Origin: Klebsiella phage ST405-OXA48phi1.3
Sequence record: MK416008.1
Length of the DNA: 32,010 nucleotides
Strand: one strand, 5' to 3'
The translations under genes and the position numbers were made by a program. This document shows, in pieces, positions 1-7,146 of this stretch; position 1 is the stretch's first letter; each line of letters opens with the position of its first letter. Under the pieces are notes generated by a model. That model was not told the DNA's origin, did no database searches, and saw nothing but the letters and a program-made list of their open reading frames with translations.

Positions 1-351
1 TTAAGTTGAAGGTTTTAGTTGATATTTCTCAAAATTCATAATTTTCTTCCCTAACCATTCATTAAGTCCTTCGGGTTGTTTTTGTTGAGTAATCAATCCG
101 TTACGTAAAAACTCGTAACTAGCGTTCTCCACATCCCCAACCCCCTCAACATTACTCGGCATAATTCCCATCATCTGAGGTGGCACACGATGAGCTGCCA
201 TCATGTCGTAACGGCTCACATTCTTAATGTTAAGGAACTCATCTTTTGCAGCCACTTCTGACATCGGAATAATTTGAATGCCGTCCTTCTTCCCGTTAGG
301 TGAGTACATAAACAGGTTACGGAAGTTGCCCGGTCTCTTGGCGCTTTTCAT
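1..351 (-). CDS. Hypothetical protein, possibly a fragment. The C-terminal segment resembles the C-terminus of P2/HK97-family phage portal proteins (RVPPQMMG...LNEWLG). No Shine-Dalgarno (SD) sequence precedes the listed Met, so this is likely a remnant of a larger gene.
   Basis: ORF track, 116 aa. The stop codon lies at window position 1-3. The region upstream of the first Met lacks an SD (taggccATG). It is AT-rich relative to its neighbours. Portal-like motifs are recalled from memory only. Confidence 0.3.
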   Translation of the reverse strand: MKSAKRPGNFRNLFMYSPNGKKDGIQIIPMSEVAAKDEFLNIKNVSRYDMMAAHRVPPQMMGIMPSNVEGVGDVENASYEFLRNGLITQQKQPEGLNEWLGKKIMNFEKYQLKPST

Positions 352-412
352 GGCCTAGCGGATATTGTTTACGCCCCCCGGCTCTACGCTGCGCCGATCA
401 TGTACATGATAA

Positions 413-436
413 AGCCCGCTTCGGCGGGTTTTTTAT
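413..436. terminator. Rho-independent terminator hairpin (CCCGC-TTCG-GCGGG plus T6).
   Basis: aaagCCCGCttcgGCGGGttttttatt read directly. A-rich on the 5' side and a T-run on the 3' side, so it could act in both directions. Confidence 0.7.
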
Positions 437-495
437 TATGGAAAAACATCAATCTAAACATAAGCATGGTGTTGGCAAAAAGTGCTGCAGAGGGG

Positions 496-522
496 TTGAA
501 CATTTCATGTAACCGGTATACT
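496..522 (+). promoter_or_regulatory. Putative sigma70 promoter of the dinI-like gene (-35 TTGAAC, about 15-nt spacer, -10 TATACT).
   Basis: Hexamers read directly. The -10 overlaps the LexA box. The spacer is slightly short. Confidence 0.4.
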
Positions 523-538
523 GTTTATTTATACAGTA
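519..538. promoter_or_regulatory. LexA (SOS) box: TACTGT-N8-ACAGTA.
   Basis: Perfect CTGT-N8-ACAG palindrome (TACTGTTTATTTATACAGTA) about 20 nt upstream of the dinI-like start, overlapping the -10. The E. coli SOS box consensus is CTGT-N8-ACAG. Confidence 0.85.
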
Positions 539-557
539 TCCGTGTGAGGTGCTAACC

Positions 558-791
558 ATGAAAGTTGAAGTCACAATTGATAAACATAAAAAACTCCCTG
601 ATGGCGCCATACCTGCGCTTGAGCAAGAATTGCTGCGCCGCTTGTCCCAGTCTTATGATGACTGCAAATTAACCATTCGACGCACAAGCAACGATGGACT
701 TAGCGTTTTGGGCGGCGCTGATGGCGATAAAAAGCGTGTAGAACAAATCCTGCAAGAGACGTGGGAAAGCGCAGACGACTGGTTTTACTGA
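558..791 (+). CDS. dinI: DinI-family DNA-damage-inducible protein (prophage dinI homologue).
   Basis: 77-aa product MKVEVTIDK...ILQETWESADDWFY matches the DinI family signature (MRIEVTI...EILQETWESADDWF). GAGGT SD 8 nt upstream of the ATG. LexA box upstream. Confidence 0.85.
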   Translation: MKVEVTIDKHKKLPDGAIPALEQELLRRLSQSYDDCKLTIRRTSNDGLSVLGGADGDKKRVEQILQETWESADDWFY

Positions 792-869
792 TTCGCCTTT
801 TGGTGGCTGGCATTTTCCCAAAGCATCGCAATAAGCGTGTCCCTTTGATGCTGTCGCCGGACTATATTT

Positions 870-1091
870 TTGCGTCTGTATGTCGCTCAGGGGGATGAAG
901 TGGAGCTGGATATCGCCGAAGTGGTGGACATAATCAGGCAAGGCGGGAAGTTTTTAATTTCGAGTGAGGAAGGAAAAATAACCGGGCTCGAAAAGGTAAG
1001 AAAAAACCAGTTTTTGCTGACTATTGAAGAGTTTAAAGAACTGGCTAATGATGCTGGTTGCATTGACGAAACCGAGAGTAAGCTGCGATAA
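870..1091 (+). CDS. Hypothetical small protein. Start uncertain: TTG at 870 or GTG at 900.
   Basis: ORF only. It sits between dinI and the DUF1367 gene. No recognisable family. Confidence 0.3.
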   Translation: MRLYVAQGDEVELDIAEVVDIIRQGGKFLISSEEGKITGLEKVRKNQFLLTIEEFKELANDAGCIDETESKLR

Positions 1092-1148
1092 TTTACCTGC
1101 CGCCTGAACAACGGCAACGGAGCATCTCAGCGCCACGGAGTGAAACCG

Positions 1149-1748
1149 ATGGCGCAACAATTACAACTGATAAAACAGACCCAAGGAATACTGATCCCCG
1201 CCACGCCGGAGACCAGCGATTTCTTGCAATCAAAATGCAAGCTCGGCGCCGTTCTGGAAGCCGACTTTAAGCTTGTCCGCAATCCGGCATTTCACCGCCG
1301 CTATTTCGCATTACTCAATCTGGGGTTCGAATACTGGGAACCTACCGGCGGAGCGATTTCGTCTAACGAGCGCAGACTTATCACCGGCTACGCCAAATAC
1401 CTGGCGGCATATGGTGGGAGTGAATCGGCGTTGCTTGATGCCGCCGGGCAATACCTCGACCGTATAGCCGAGAAGCGCGCAGGCAGCATCAGCATCTGCA
1501 AATCTTTCGACGCCTACCGGGCGTGGGTCATCGTTGAAGCCGGACACTATGACGCCATACAGCTGCCGGACGGCACACTGAAAAAACACCCTCGTAGCAT
1601 TTCTTTCGCCAGCATGGACGAATGCGAATTCCAGGAACTGTACAAAGCATCGCTCGATGTTCTCTGGCGGTGGATCCTCTCCCGCTCGTTCAACAGCCGG
1701 CAGGAAGCCGAGAACGCCGCAAACCAGCTTTTAAGCTTTGTGGGGTGA
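1149..1748 (+). CDS. Phage nin-region protein of the DUF1367 family.
   Basis: About 200-aa product. GGAG SD 9 nt upstream of ATG 1149. Recognised as DUF1367-like, a family common upstream of Q in lambdoid prophages. Recognition is from memory. Confidence 0.6.
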   Translation: MAQQLQLIKQTQGILIPATPETSDFLQSKCKLGAVLEADFKLVRNPAFHRRYFALLNLGFEYWEPTGGAISSNERRLITGYAKYLAAYGGSESALLDAAGQYLDRIAEKRAGSISICKSFDAYRAWVIVEAGHYDAIQLPDGTLKKHPRSISFASMDECEFQELYKASLDVLWRWILSRSFNSRQEAENAANQLLSFVG

Positions 1749-1954
1749 TGACTATGAAGAAATCATGGTTCGCCCATACCGAATGCACAACGCAGCAGGC
1801 CGAAGAATTGGTAGCGAGATACCGTCAGCGGGGGATTAAGGTTGAACGCAGCTTAAACCCTGACTTCCTTACCTGGACCGTCAGCGCGCAGCTGGTGGAG
1901 GACAAAAACCCGCCGCGGCCGGACTCCCGCTGGCGCAACAGGATATGGGGGTGA
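1748..1954 (+). CDS. Small hypothetical phage protein (68 aa).
   Basis: The ATG overlaps the preceding stop (TGATG). It is in an operon-like arrangement with its neighbours. Confidence 0.45.
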   Translation: MTMKKSWFAHTECTTQQAEELVARYRQRGIKVERSLNPDFLTWTVSAQLVEDKNPPRPDSRWRNRIWG

Positions 1955-1956
1955 GC

Positions 1957-2253
1957 ATGGCGAACCTACGTAAAGAGGCTCGCGGCCGCGAATGCACCGT
2001 CCGGATCCCCGGGTACTGCAACGGCAACCCGGAAACCAGCGTGCTGGCACATTACCGACTGGCTGGCACCTGTGGTACTGGATGCAAACCAGATGATACC
2101 CAGGCGGCTATAGCCTGCAACGGGTGCCATGACGTGATCGACGGCCGAACCAAAACCACCGATTTCACCCGCGACGAACTGCGCCTGATGCATGCCGAAG
2201 GCGTGCTCAGAACTTTGGCTATATGGAAACAAGAGGGGTTACTGAAAGCATGA
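1957..2253 (+). CDS. ybcO: YbcO-like (DUF1364) zinc-binding putative nuclease of lambdoid prophages.
   Basis: MANLRKEARGRECTVRIPGYCNGNPETSVLAHYRL...ACNGCHDVIDGR matches the YbcO/DUF1364 pattern from the DLP12 prophage. Its stop overlaps the Q start (ATGA). Confidence 0.8.
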   Translation: MANLRKEARGRECTVRIPGYCNGNPETSVLAHYRLAGTCGTGCKPDDTQAAIACNGCHDVIDGRTKTTDFTRDELRLMHAEGVLRTLAIWKQEGLLKA

Positions 2254-3065
2254 AACTCGAAGCATCCTTAAAACATTTCAGCCCTCAGGGTATGCACATC
2301 AGCGATGACGTGAAAAGCACAACACCAAATCGCCTGACCGGAACAGATGTTATGGCGGCTATCGGTACCACCAGCAGTCGTGCGCGCTTCGGCCTGGCCG
2401 CTTTCTTCGGAAAGGCTGGTATCAGCAAAACGGATGAACAGCTCGCAGTTCAGGCGCTGGCGCGGTATGCGATTGAAACTGCACCGAAGAACGTACGCAA
2501 AACAGCGGGTAAAGAGTTGGGTCGCTGCTGCCTGATTTTGGCGCAGTTTGCTTTTGCGGAATATTCCCGGTCCGCGGAAACAACGGGAGCCTGCAGGGTA
2601 TGCAATGGCACAGGACAGATTGAAACCACTACCACGGAACGCAAAGTTTCTAATCCCTGGGGCAAAGCACCATATTGGGCAAACAGGTCCCGTGCTGTCC
2701 GTCCTTCCGACTGGGATAAGTGGACTGAAGTAACAGCCATCATAAGCGCTAAGTGTGAAGCCTGTGACGGTAAGGGGAAAATAAACGCTCGCTGCCGCTG
2801 TGGTGGTTCTGGCCAGGTTCTGGACCGCAAAGCGACAAAAGAGCAGGGAGCACCGGTATATAAAATCTGTGAGCGCTGTTCGGGGAATGGCTTTTCAACG
2901 ATGCCGTCTACTGCTGCTTACAAAGCGATTCTGACGCTTGTCCCAGACCTGCACATCAGAACATGGACACGCAACTGGAAACCTTTCTGCGATGCGCTGG
3001 TGGACCTGTGCTGGAAGGAAGAGGAGAGGGCAGATAAAGAGTTTCAACGAGCAACAGCTGATTGA
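2250..3065 (+). CDS. Q: Late-gene antitermination protein Q (Phage_antitermQ-type, with a Zn finger).
   Basis: 271-aa product with CxxC...CxxC pairs (CRVCNGTG, CEACDGKG, CERCSGNG). It sits directly after ybcO and upstream of a promoter plus short terminated leader. AAGAGGGG SD. Confidence 0.75.
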   Translation: MKLEASLKHFSPQGMHISDDVKSTTPNRLTGTDVMAAIGTTSSRARFGLAAFFGKAGISKTDEQLAVQALARYAIETAPKNVRKTAGKELGRCCLILAQFAFAEYSRSAETTGACRVCNGTGQIETTTTERKVSNPWGKAPYWANRSRAVRPSDWDKWTEVTAIISAKCEACDGKGKINARCRCGGSGQVLDRKATKEQGAPVYKICERCSGNGFSTMPSTAAYKAILTLVPDLHIRTWTRNWKPFCDALVDLCWKEEERADKEFQRATAD

Positions 3066-3105
3066 GTAAATGGGCGCATTATTTTGCATTTTAAGCGCAC
3101 AATGC

Positions 3106-3135
3106 TTGATTTTGTCCGAAGTTGTCGTGTATATT
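3106..3135 (+). promoter_or_regulatory. PR'-like late promoter (-35 TTGATT, 18-nt spacer, -10 TATATT). The Q-utilisation (qut) region is presumed to lie here.
   Basis: Hexamers read directly, about 40 nt downstream of the Q stop. A terminator follows about 45 nt downstream of the predicted start. This is the lambda PR'/qut/tR' architecture. Confidence 0.5.
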
Positions 3136-3176
3136 TTAAATCGTGGAATAAAGTGCCTGAACGAAAACATTCATAT

Positions 3177-3208
3177 AAACCCTGCTACTGCAGGGTTTTA
3201 TGTTTTTG
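3177..3208 (+). terminator. tR'-like intrinsic terminator ending a short (about 60-65 nt) 6S-like leader RNA.
   Basis: aaACCCTGCtactGCAGGGTtttatgtttttg. Confidence 0.65.
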
Positions 3209-3317
3209 AAAACAAATGCCTGAAATCGGCTATAAAGTGTGATCTGCATCAAAATGCCATGCGCCAAACTTAAGGAATATTAAGGAACTGTAAATATTCT
3301 TTATAAGTGATGGTCTT

Positions 3318-3944
3318 ATGGCGTTAAAAGATATTTTTGTGCGTACCGAACCTCGCAGACGGCATTATGGCGTTGCATTGTTTGTCGGGCTTATTTCTGG
3401 GGTTGTTTCAGCATTTGTTAAATGGGGTGCTGAAGTACCATTACCACCGCGTAGTCCTGTCGATATGTTTACCAGTGCCTGTGGACCAGAGTCATTAATT
3501 CGAGCTGCCGGGCAAATTGATTGCTCCAGAAACTTCCTTAACCCTCCTTATATTTTTCTGCGTGATTGGTTAGGGCTGGTCGATCCAAATGCGGCTGTCT
3601 ATACCTTCGCCGGACATGTGTTTAACTGGGTAGGCGTAACACATATCATATTCTCGATCGTGTTCGCGGTTGGGTATTGTGTAGTTGCTGAGGTGTTTCC
3701 AAAAATCAAGCTGTGGCAGGGTTTGCTTGCAGGTGCACTCGCACAACTCTTTGTCCATATGATTTCGTTCCCGCTTATGGGCCTAACCCCACCGTTGATT
3801 GAGCTTCCATGGTATGAAAACGTTTCTGAAATATTTGGTCACCTGGTGTGGTTCTGGTCAATTGAGATAATTCGCCGGGATCTCAGAAACAGAATTACGC
3901 ACGAACCGGATGCTGAAGTTTCTCTGAATTCAGCATTCAGATAA
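3318..3944 (+). CDS. yagU: Inner membrane protein YagU (DUF1440), a prophage cargo gene.
   Basis: The 208-aa product is near-identical in pattern to E. coli YagU ([24 protein letters not shown]...[17 protein letters not shown]). It lies between tR' and the lysis genes. Confidence 0.85.
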   Translation: MALKDIFVRTEPRRRHYGVALFVGLISGVVSAFVKWGAEVPLPPRSPVDMFTSACGPESLIRAAGQIDCSRNFLNPPYIFLRDWLGLVDPNAAVYTFAGHVFNWVGVTHIIFSIVFAVGYCVVAEVFPKIKLWQGLLAGALAQLFVHMISFPLMGLTPPLIELPWYENVSEIFGHLVWFWSIEIIRRDLRNRITHEPDAEVSLNSAFR

Positions 3945-3961
3945 TCTAAGCTGCAAAGTCA

Positions 3962-3990
3962 GAAACCCGCATAAAATGCGGGTTTTTTAT
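3962..3990 (+). terminator. Intrinsic terminator after yagU (CCCGCA-TAAAA-TGCGGG plus T7).
   Basis: Read directly. Confidence 0.75.
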
Positions 3991-4341
3991 GCCTGTGATT
4001 AGTCGCTCTTCGATAGCAATGTATGCAGAGTGTATTGACGCTAGCTATGTTTGCAGCATAACGTATTGATGTGGTGAATCCCCCTGTGCGGAGGGGCGAC
4101 CAGTCAGTTACAGAAACCTGTAAATGCAGCGCGGGCCATGCCGGCTGGGGCATGCTCACCGGGAGGCACCCGGCACCATATGCAATGCTACTAAGCTATT
4201 TGGTAGTGGGGTTGCCGTTTCGGCTTCTCCAACTATGTTTAAAAGGCAGTAACGGAATAATGAGCGCTCTCCTGGTAAATCGGTAGCTCGGACTATTAGG
4301 TGCGTATCGAACCGTTACAAAATCAGAATGCCTACCTTTCT

Positions 4342-4368
4342 GCCCGCCCGTTAGAGCGGGCTTTTTTT
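4342..4368 (+). terminator. Intrinsic terminator (GCCCGC-N8-GCGGGC plus T7) closing a 350-nt non-coding stretch.
   Basis: Read directly. No credible CDS upstream of it. Confidence 0.65.
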
Positions 4369-4534
4369 CGCCTGATCAAGGCACTTCAACTAACCAAAAA
4401 CATTTAAGGGCTGTGCTATTGCGCGGCCTTTTTCATTTCAGGCTCACGGGTGGCTCCGTTTAAGGCTTTTCGCTAAATCAGCCCGATGGGCCTGAACCTT
4501 TTCAAACACACAGCGCCATCCGTCATTAACGGAG

Positions 4535-4867
4535 GTGAGGCTTATGCGAATGCCCTACAAACAAGATTTCATCGCCGCTCTGCTGGCAGCTAAGGAGCAG
4601 GGTATCGGCGCAATACTGGCTTTCATCATGGCGTATTTGCGTGGCCGCTATAACGGTGGCGCCATGGCGAAGACGCTGATCGATGCTGTCATGTGCGCGA
4701 TGATCGCCTGGTTCGTCCGTGACCTTCTCGACTTCATTGGCCTGAGCAGCAATCTCGCCTACATCGCCAGTGTCTTCATTGGCTATATCGGTACTGACTC
4801 GATCGGGAGCTTGATTAAAAAAATCGCAGCCAGAAAGGCAGGAGTTGATGATGCTGGAGATCAATAA
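4535..4867 (+). CDS. S: Lambda-type class I holin S with the dual-start motif (Met1-Arg2-Met3).
   Basis: [27 protein letters not shown]...[25 protein letters not shown] matches lambda S ([27 protein letters not shown]...). GGAGGTGAGG SD. Confidence 0.9.
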   Translation: MRLMRMPYKQDFIAALLAAKEQGIGAILAFIMAYLRGRYNGGAMAKTLIDAVMCAMIAWFVRDLLDFIGLSSNLAYIASVFIGYIGTDSIGSLIKKIAARKAGVDDAGDQ

Positions 4868-5330
4868 ACAACGTAAAGCGTTTCTGGACATGCTCGCTTG
4901 GTCTGAAGGTACAGACAAAGCGGGGCAGCCGACAAAGAACCGAGGCTATGACGTCATTGTTGGTGGTTCACTCTTTACTGACTACAGCGATCATCCACGC
5001 AAGTTGGTTAACCTGCCAAAGCTGGGTATTAAATCCACCGCATCGGGCCGCTATCAGCTGCTGGCCAAGTGGTGGGATGCATACCGTAAGCAGCTGGGAC
5101 TGAAAGACTTCTCACCGGCGTCGCAGGACCAGGTGGCCCTGCAGCAAATTAAAGAGCGTGGAGCTTTGCCGCTCATTGACAACGGGCAGCTTCTTCAGGC
5201 CATCTACCGTTGCAGCAATATCTGGGCGTCTCTCCCCGGCGCGGGCTACGGCCAGTTTGAGCATAAGGCCAGTAACCTCATCGCAAAATTCAAAGCCGCT
5301 GGCGGCGTCGTAGCGGAAGTTAAACAATAA
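4851..5330 (+). CDS. R: Lambda R-type endolysin (lytic transglycosylase).
   Basis: [22 protein letters not shown]...[24 protein letters not shown]...[18 protein letters not shown] matches lambda R. Its start overlaps the 3' end of S. Alternative in-frame ATG at 4848. Confidence 0.9.
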   Translation: MLEINKQRKAFLDMLAWSEGTDKAGQPTKNRGYDVIVGGSLFTDYSDHPRKLVNLPKLGIKSTASGRYQLLAKWWDAYRKQLGLKDFSPASQDQVALQQIKERGALPLIDNGQLLQAIYRCSNIWASLPGAGYGQFEHKASNLIAKFKAAGGVVAEVKQ

Positions 5331-5345
5331 AGCTGAAGGTAACTT

Positions 5346-5522
5346 ATGAACTATCTCATTAATCGGCTGAAAGAGCCGTCAACCTGGCGCGGCATCATCC
5401 TGGTCATTGCTGGCGTATTTGGTTATCAGATGCCTCCGGGCATTCAGGAAACCGTCATCGCTGGCGGTGTGGCGCTGGCTGGCGTTGTTGGTGCGGTGAT
5501 GCCGGACAGCGTTAAGAAGTAA
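5346..5522 (+). CDS. 58-aa small membrane protein with two glycine-rich hydrophobic segments. It occupies the position where Rz/Rz1 normally sit.
   Basis: Translated by hand: MNYLINRLKEPSTWRGIILVIAGVFGYQMPPGIQETVIAGGVALAGVVGAVMPDSVKK. GAAGGT SD 7 nt upstream. Below the 60-aa ORF-track cutoff. Confidence 0.45.
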   Translation: MNYLINRLKEPSTWRGIILVIAGVFGYQMPPGIQETVIAGGVALAGVVGAVMPDSVKK

Positions 5523-5543
5523 GCAGGCTAGTAACAGGCAGGG

Positions 5544-5726
5544 CTACAGAAACCCGCTTTCCTTCAGTTTCTTAGCCAATAAGTAATTGGTGATTACTCC
5601 AAGAGAAACCCCAACAATCCACGGCACAGATGAATCAAGCATTAGTGAGTTGTTCACGTTAATGCTGGCGGTGATGCAGGCATAGGTATTTGTAAAAGCA
5701 AACCATGTAAAAAGTATCTGTTTCAT
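5544..5726 (-). CDS. 60-aa two-TM small membrane protein, convergent with the 58-aa ORF.
   Basis: Internal Met of the 92-aa ORF-track entry (MKQILFTWFAFTNTYACITASINVNNSLMLDSSVPWIVGVSLGVITNYLLAKKLKESGFL). A strong GGAGAT SD lies 7 nt upstream on the minus strand. Confidence 0.45.
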   Translation of the reverse strand: MKQILFTWFAFTNTYACITASINVNNSLMLDSSVPWIVGVSLGVITNYLLAKKLKESGFL

Positions 5727-5876
5727 TTGGTTATCTCCATGCTTTCCATCCCAACAATATCCACCTACGAGCCGGTAAAAGCAAATTGGCGCACAACAAA
5801 GCAGTGCAGGCCAATTGCCCAAACATTACCCCCACCAAGGGATAAGACCAACAATATCCCCACAAAAGGATGAAAC

Positions 5877-6077
5877 ATGACTCCATTAGTTCTTACCGCA
5901 GAGCAAATTAAAGCTCTGGCAGATTTCGTGGAGCAGGACGGCCAACCCGCTTACACGATCTCTCAGGCCAGCATCCCGGAATTTGAAGCTGAAGACGGCA
6001 GCACTGTGCCTGGTTACGAGGGCCTTATCGCTTACTCAGAATCAGAAGAGCACGGCGTACTTCAGCTGGAAGATTAA
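5877..6077 (+). CDS. Small acidic hypothetical protein (66 aa).
   Basis: AAGGATGA SD. A conserved hairpin element follows it immediately. Confidence 0.5.
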   Translation: MTPLVLTAEQIKALADFVEQDGQPAYTISQASIPEFEAEDGSTVPGYEGLIAYSESEEHGVLQLED

Positions 6078-6114
6078 GCATTACAGGAGCCATTCACCGA
6101 GTGGCTTCGATAAT
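6078..6114. repeat. Copy 1 of a conserved hairpin element: GCATTACAGGAGCCA-N9-TGGCTTCGATAAT.
   Basis: Near-identical flanks and stem to the copy at 6389-6425. It starts 1 nt after a stop codon. No T-run follows. Confidence 0.55.
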
Positions 6115-6141
6115 GCTCCCCACATCGCACAGAGGTAAGAC

Positions 6142-6387
6142 ATGTCAGAGATCACCGCATCCGAGCAAATCCGCCTGGATATCATCAAGAAAGTTAACTA
6201 CGACACCGCAGCGGCCAAGCTGGCCATTGACTGGGTAGGCGACAGCTATCTGAAGTCTGAGCTATTTGCAGACTCTTTCGATCGTGTTTTCACGGAAAGC
6301 GAGATTGTCTCAAAGACCCGAAAGGCGATTCAGGAAGCGACTGAAGCGCTGGCGCTGTTTGATACCGGCGCTGAGCAGGCCAGCTAA
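6142..6387 (+). CDS. Small acidic hypothetical protein (81 aa).
   Basis: GAGGT SD. The second hairpin copy follows it. Confidence 0.5.
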   Translation: MSEITASEQIRLDIIKKVNYDTAAAKLAIDWVGDSYLKSELFADSFDRVFTESEIVSKTRKAIQEATEALALFDTGAEQAS

Positions 6388-6388
6388 G

Positions 6389-6425
6389 GCATTACAGAGC
6401 CACTTCAAGAGGTGGCTCGATAATA
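6389..6425. repeat. Copy 2 of the hairpin element: GCATTACAGAGCCAC-TTCAAGAG-GTGGCTCGATAAT, with a perfect 7-bp stem.
   Basis: Read directly. It lies between convergent gene ends. Confidence 0.55.
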
Positions 6426-6432
6426 ATTAATA

Positions 6433-6996
6433 CTATCGCCAAAATGATAGTAACCACAAAAATAATAAGCCAGATGCAGCGCTAATGCCTATCCAGGCTT
6501 TATCGATAGCCCCAGATTGCCATACCTTTGCCGCAAGCATAAAGAAACTTACAAGGCCCGCCAGCCATTTATATTTAGTAGTAGTTTTAATTAGTTGCTG
6601 GCTTTTTAATGTTAATCCAATGATGCAGGTTTGTAATAATCTTGGTAGTTTTCGATAAAGTCGCCCGAAACGCGTTACGCCATATAACTGCATCCAAGTG
6701 TGATCGCCAAATAACACCACTGGATGGATTTCATCTTTTATTACCTTAAGGGTAATAGCTAGTTCAAGTGATGCCTTAATCCTATATGAGCATGCTTGTA
6801 CGACCTGCTTTTCGAAATGAGTTACAGGATTATCGAGTGGTTCACATCCCATTATTTCAAATTTGTCATTTTCTAACCGGGTAGCATAGTTGAGCTTAGA
6901 CAGCTTTTGTTCTATTGCTATATCAATAAAGCGGTTTATTAGGTAACGCCTTATTTCAATTGTGAAATTTTCCTTCATGGTTCCCAAGGCCTTCAT
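6433..6996 (-). CDS. AT-rich moron: hypothetical protein with an N-terminal soluble domain of about 140 aa and two C-terminal TM helices.
   Basis: 187-aa ORF (possibly starting at Met7, 6978). Markedly lower GC than its flanks. C-terminal segments WLAGLVSFFMLAAKVW and AWIGISAASGLLFLWLLSFW. Opposite strand to the late operon. Confidence 0.55.
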   Translation of the reverse strand: MKALGTMKENFTIEIRRYLINRFIDIAIEQKLSKLNYATRLENDKFEIMGCEPLDNPVTHFEKQVVQACSYRIKASLELAITLKVIKDEIHPVVLFGDHTWMQLYGVTRFGRLYRKLPRLLQTCIIGLTLKSQQLIKTTTKYKWLAGLVSFFMLAAKVWQSGAIDKAWIGISAASGLLFLWLLSFWR

Positions 6997-7146
6997 GTCA
7001 GGGCGTTTCTATTGGGTACTTTCCCATTAGCTTAACCCAAGGTAAACATGGCACTCACCGACAAACAACAAATGTGTTGTCGCGAGTACATCATCGATTC
7101 GATTCAATAATATCTACCTTCAAGCGGATAAAAACCAGAGGAATTC

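Noticed and set aside
2347-2830. ORFs at 2347-2535 (+), 2450-2830 (-) and 2548-2733 (+) overlapping the Q gene.
   Set aside because: Alternative-frame or antisense shadows of the Q CDS.
4071-4286. 71-aa + strand ORF in the non-coding stretch.
   Set aside because: GTG start without SD and odd composition. It spans predicted RNA hairpins, so the region is treated as non-coding RNA.
4270-4340. tRNA-like TTCGA-containing stretch (gtatcgaaccg).
   Set aside because: Could not fold a cloverleaf with a 7-bp acceptor stem and T-arm on either strand by eye. Left as unverified. tRNAscan-SE would decide.
6997-7146. Looked for a cos/pac site upstream of terS.
   Set aside because: No recognisable cos-like symmetric element by eye. 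It cannot be assigned without related genomes.
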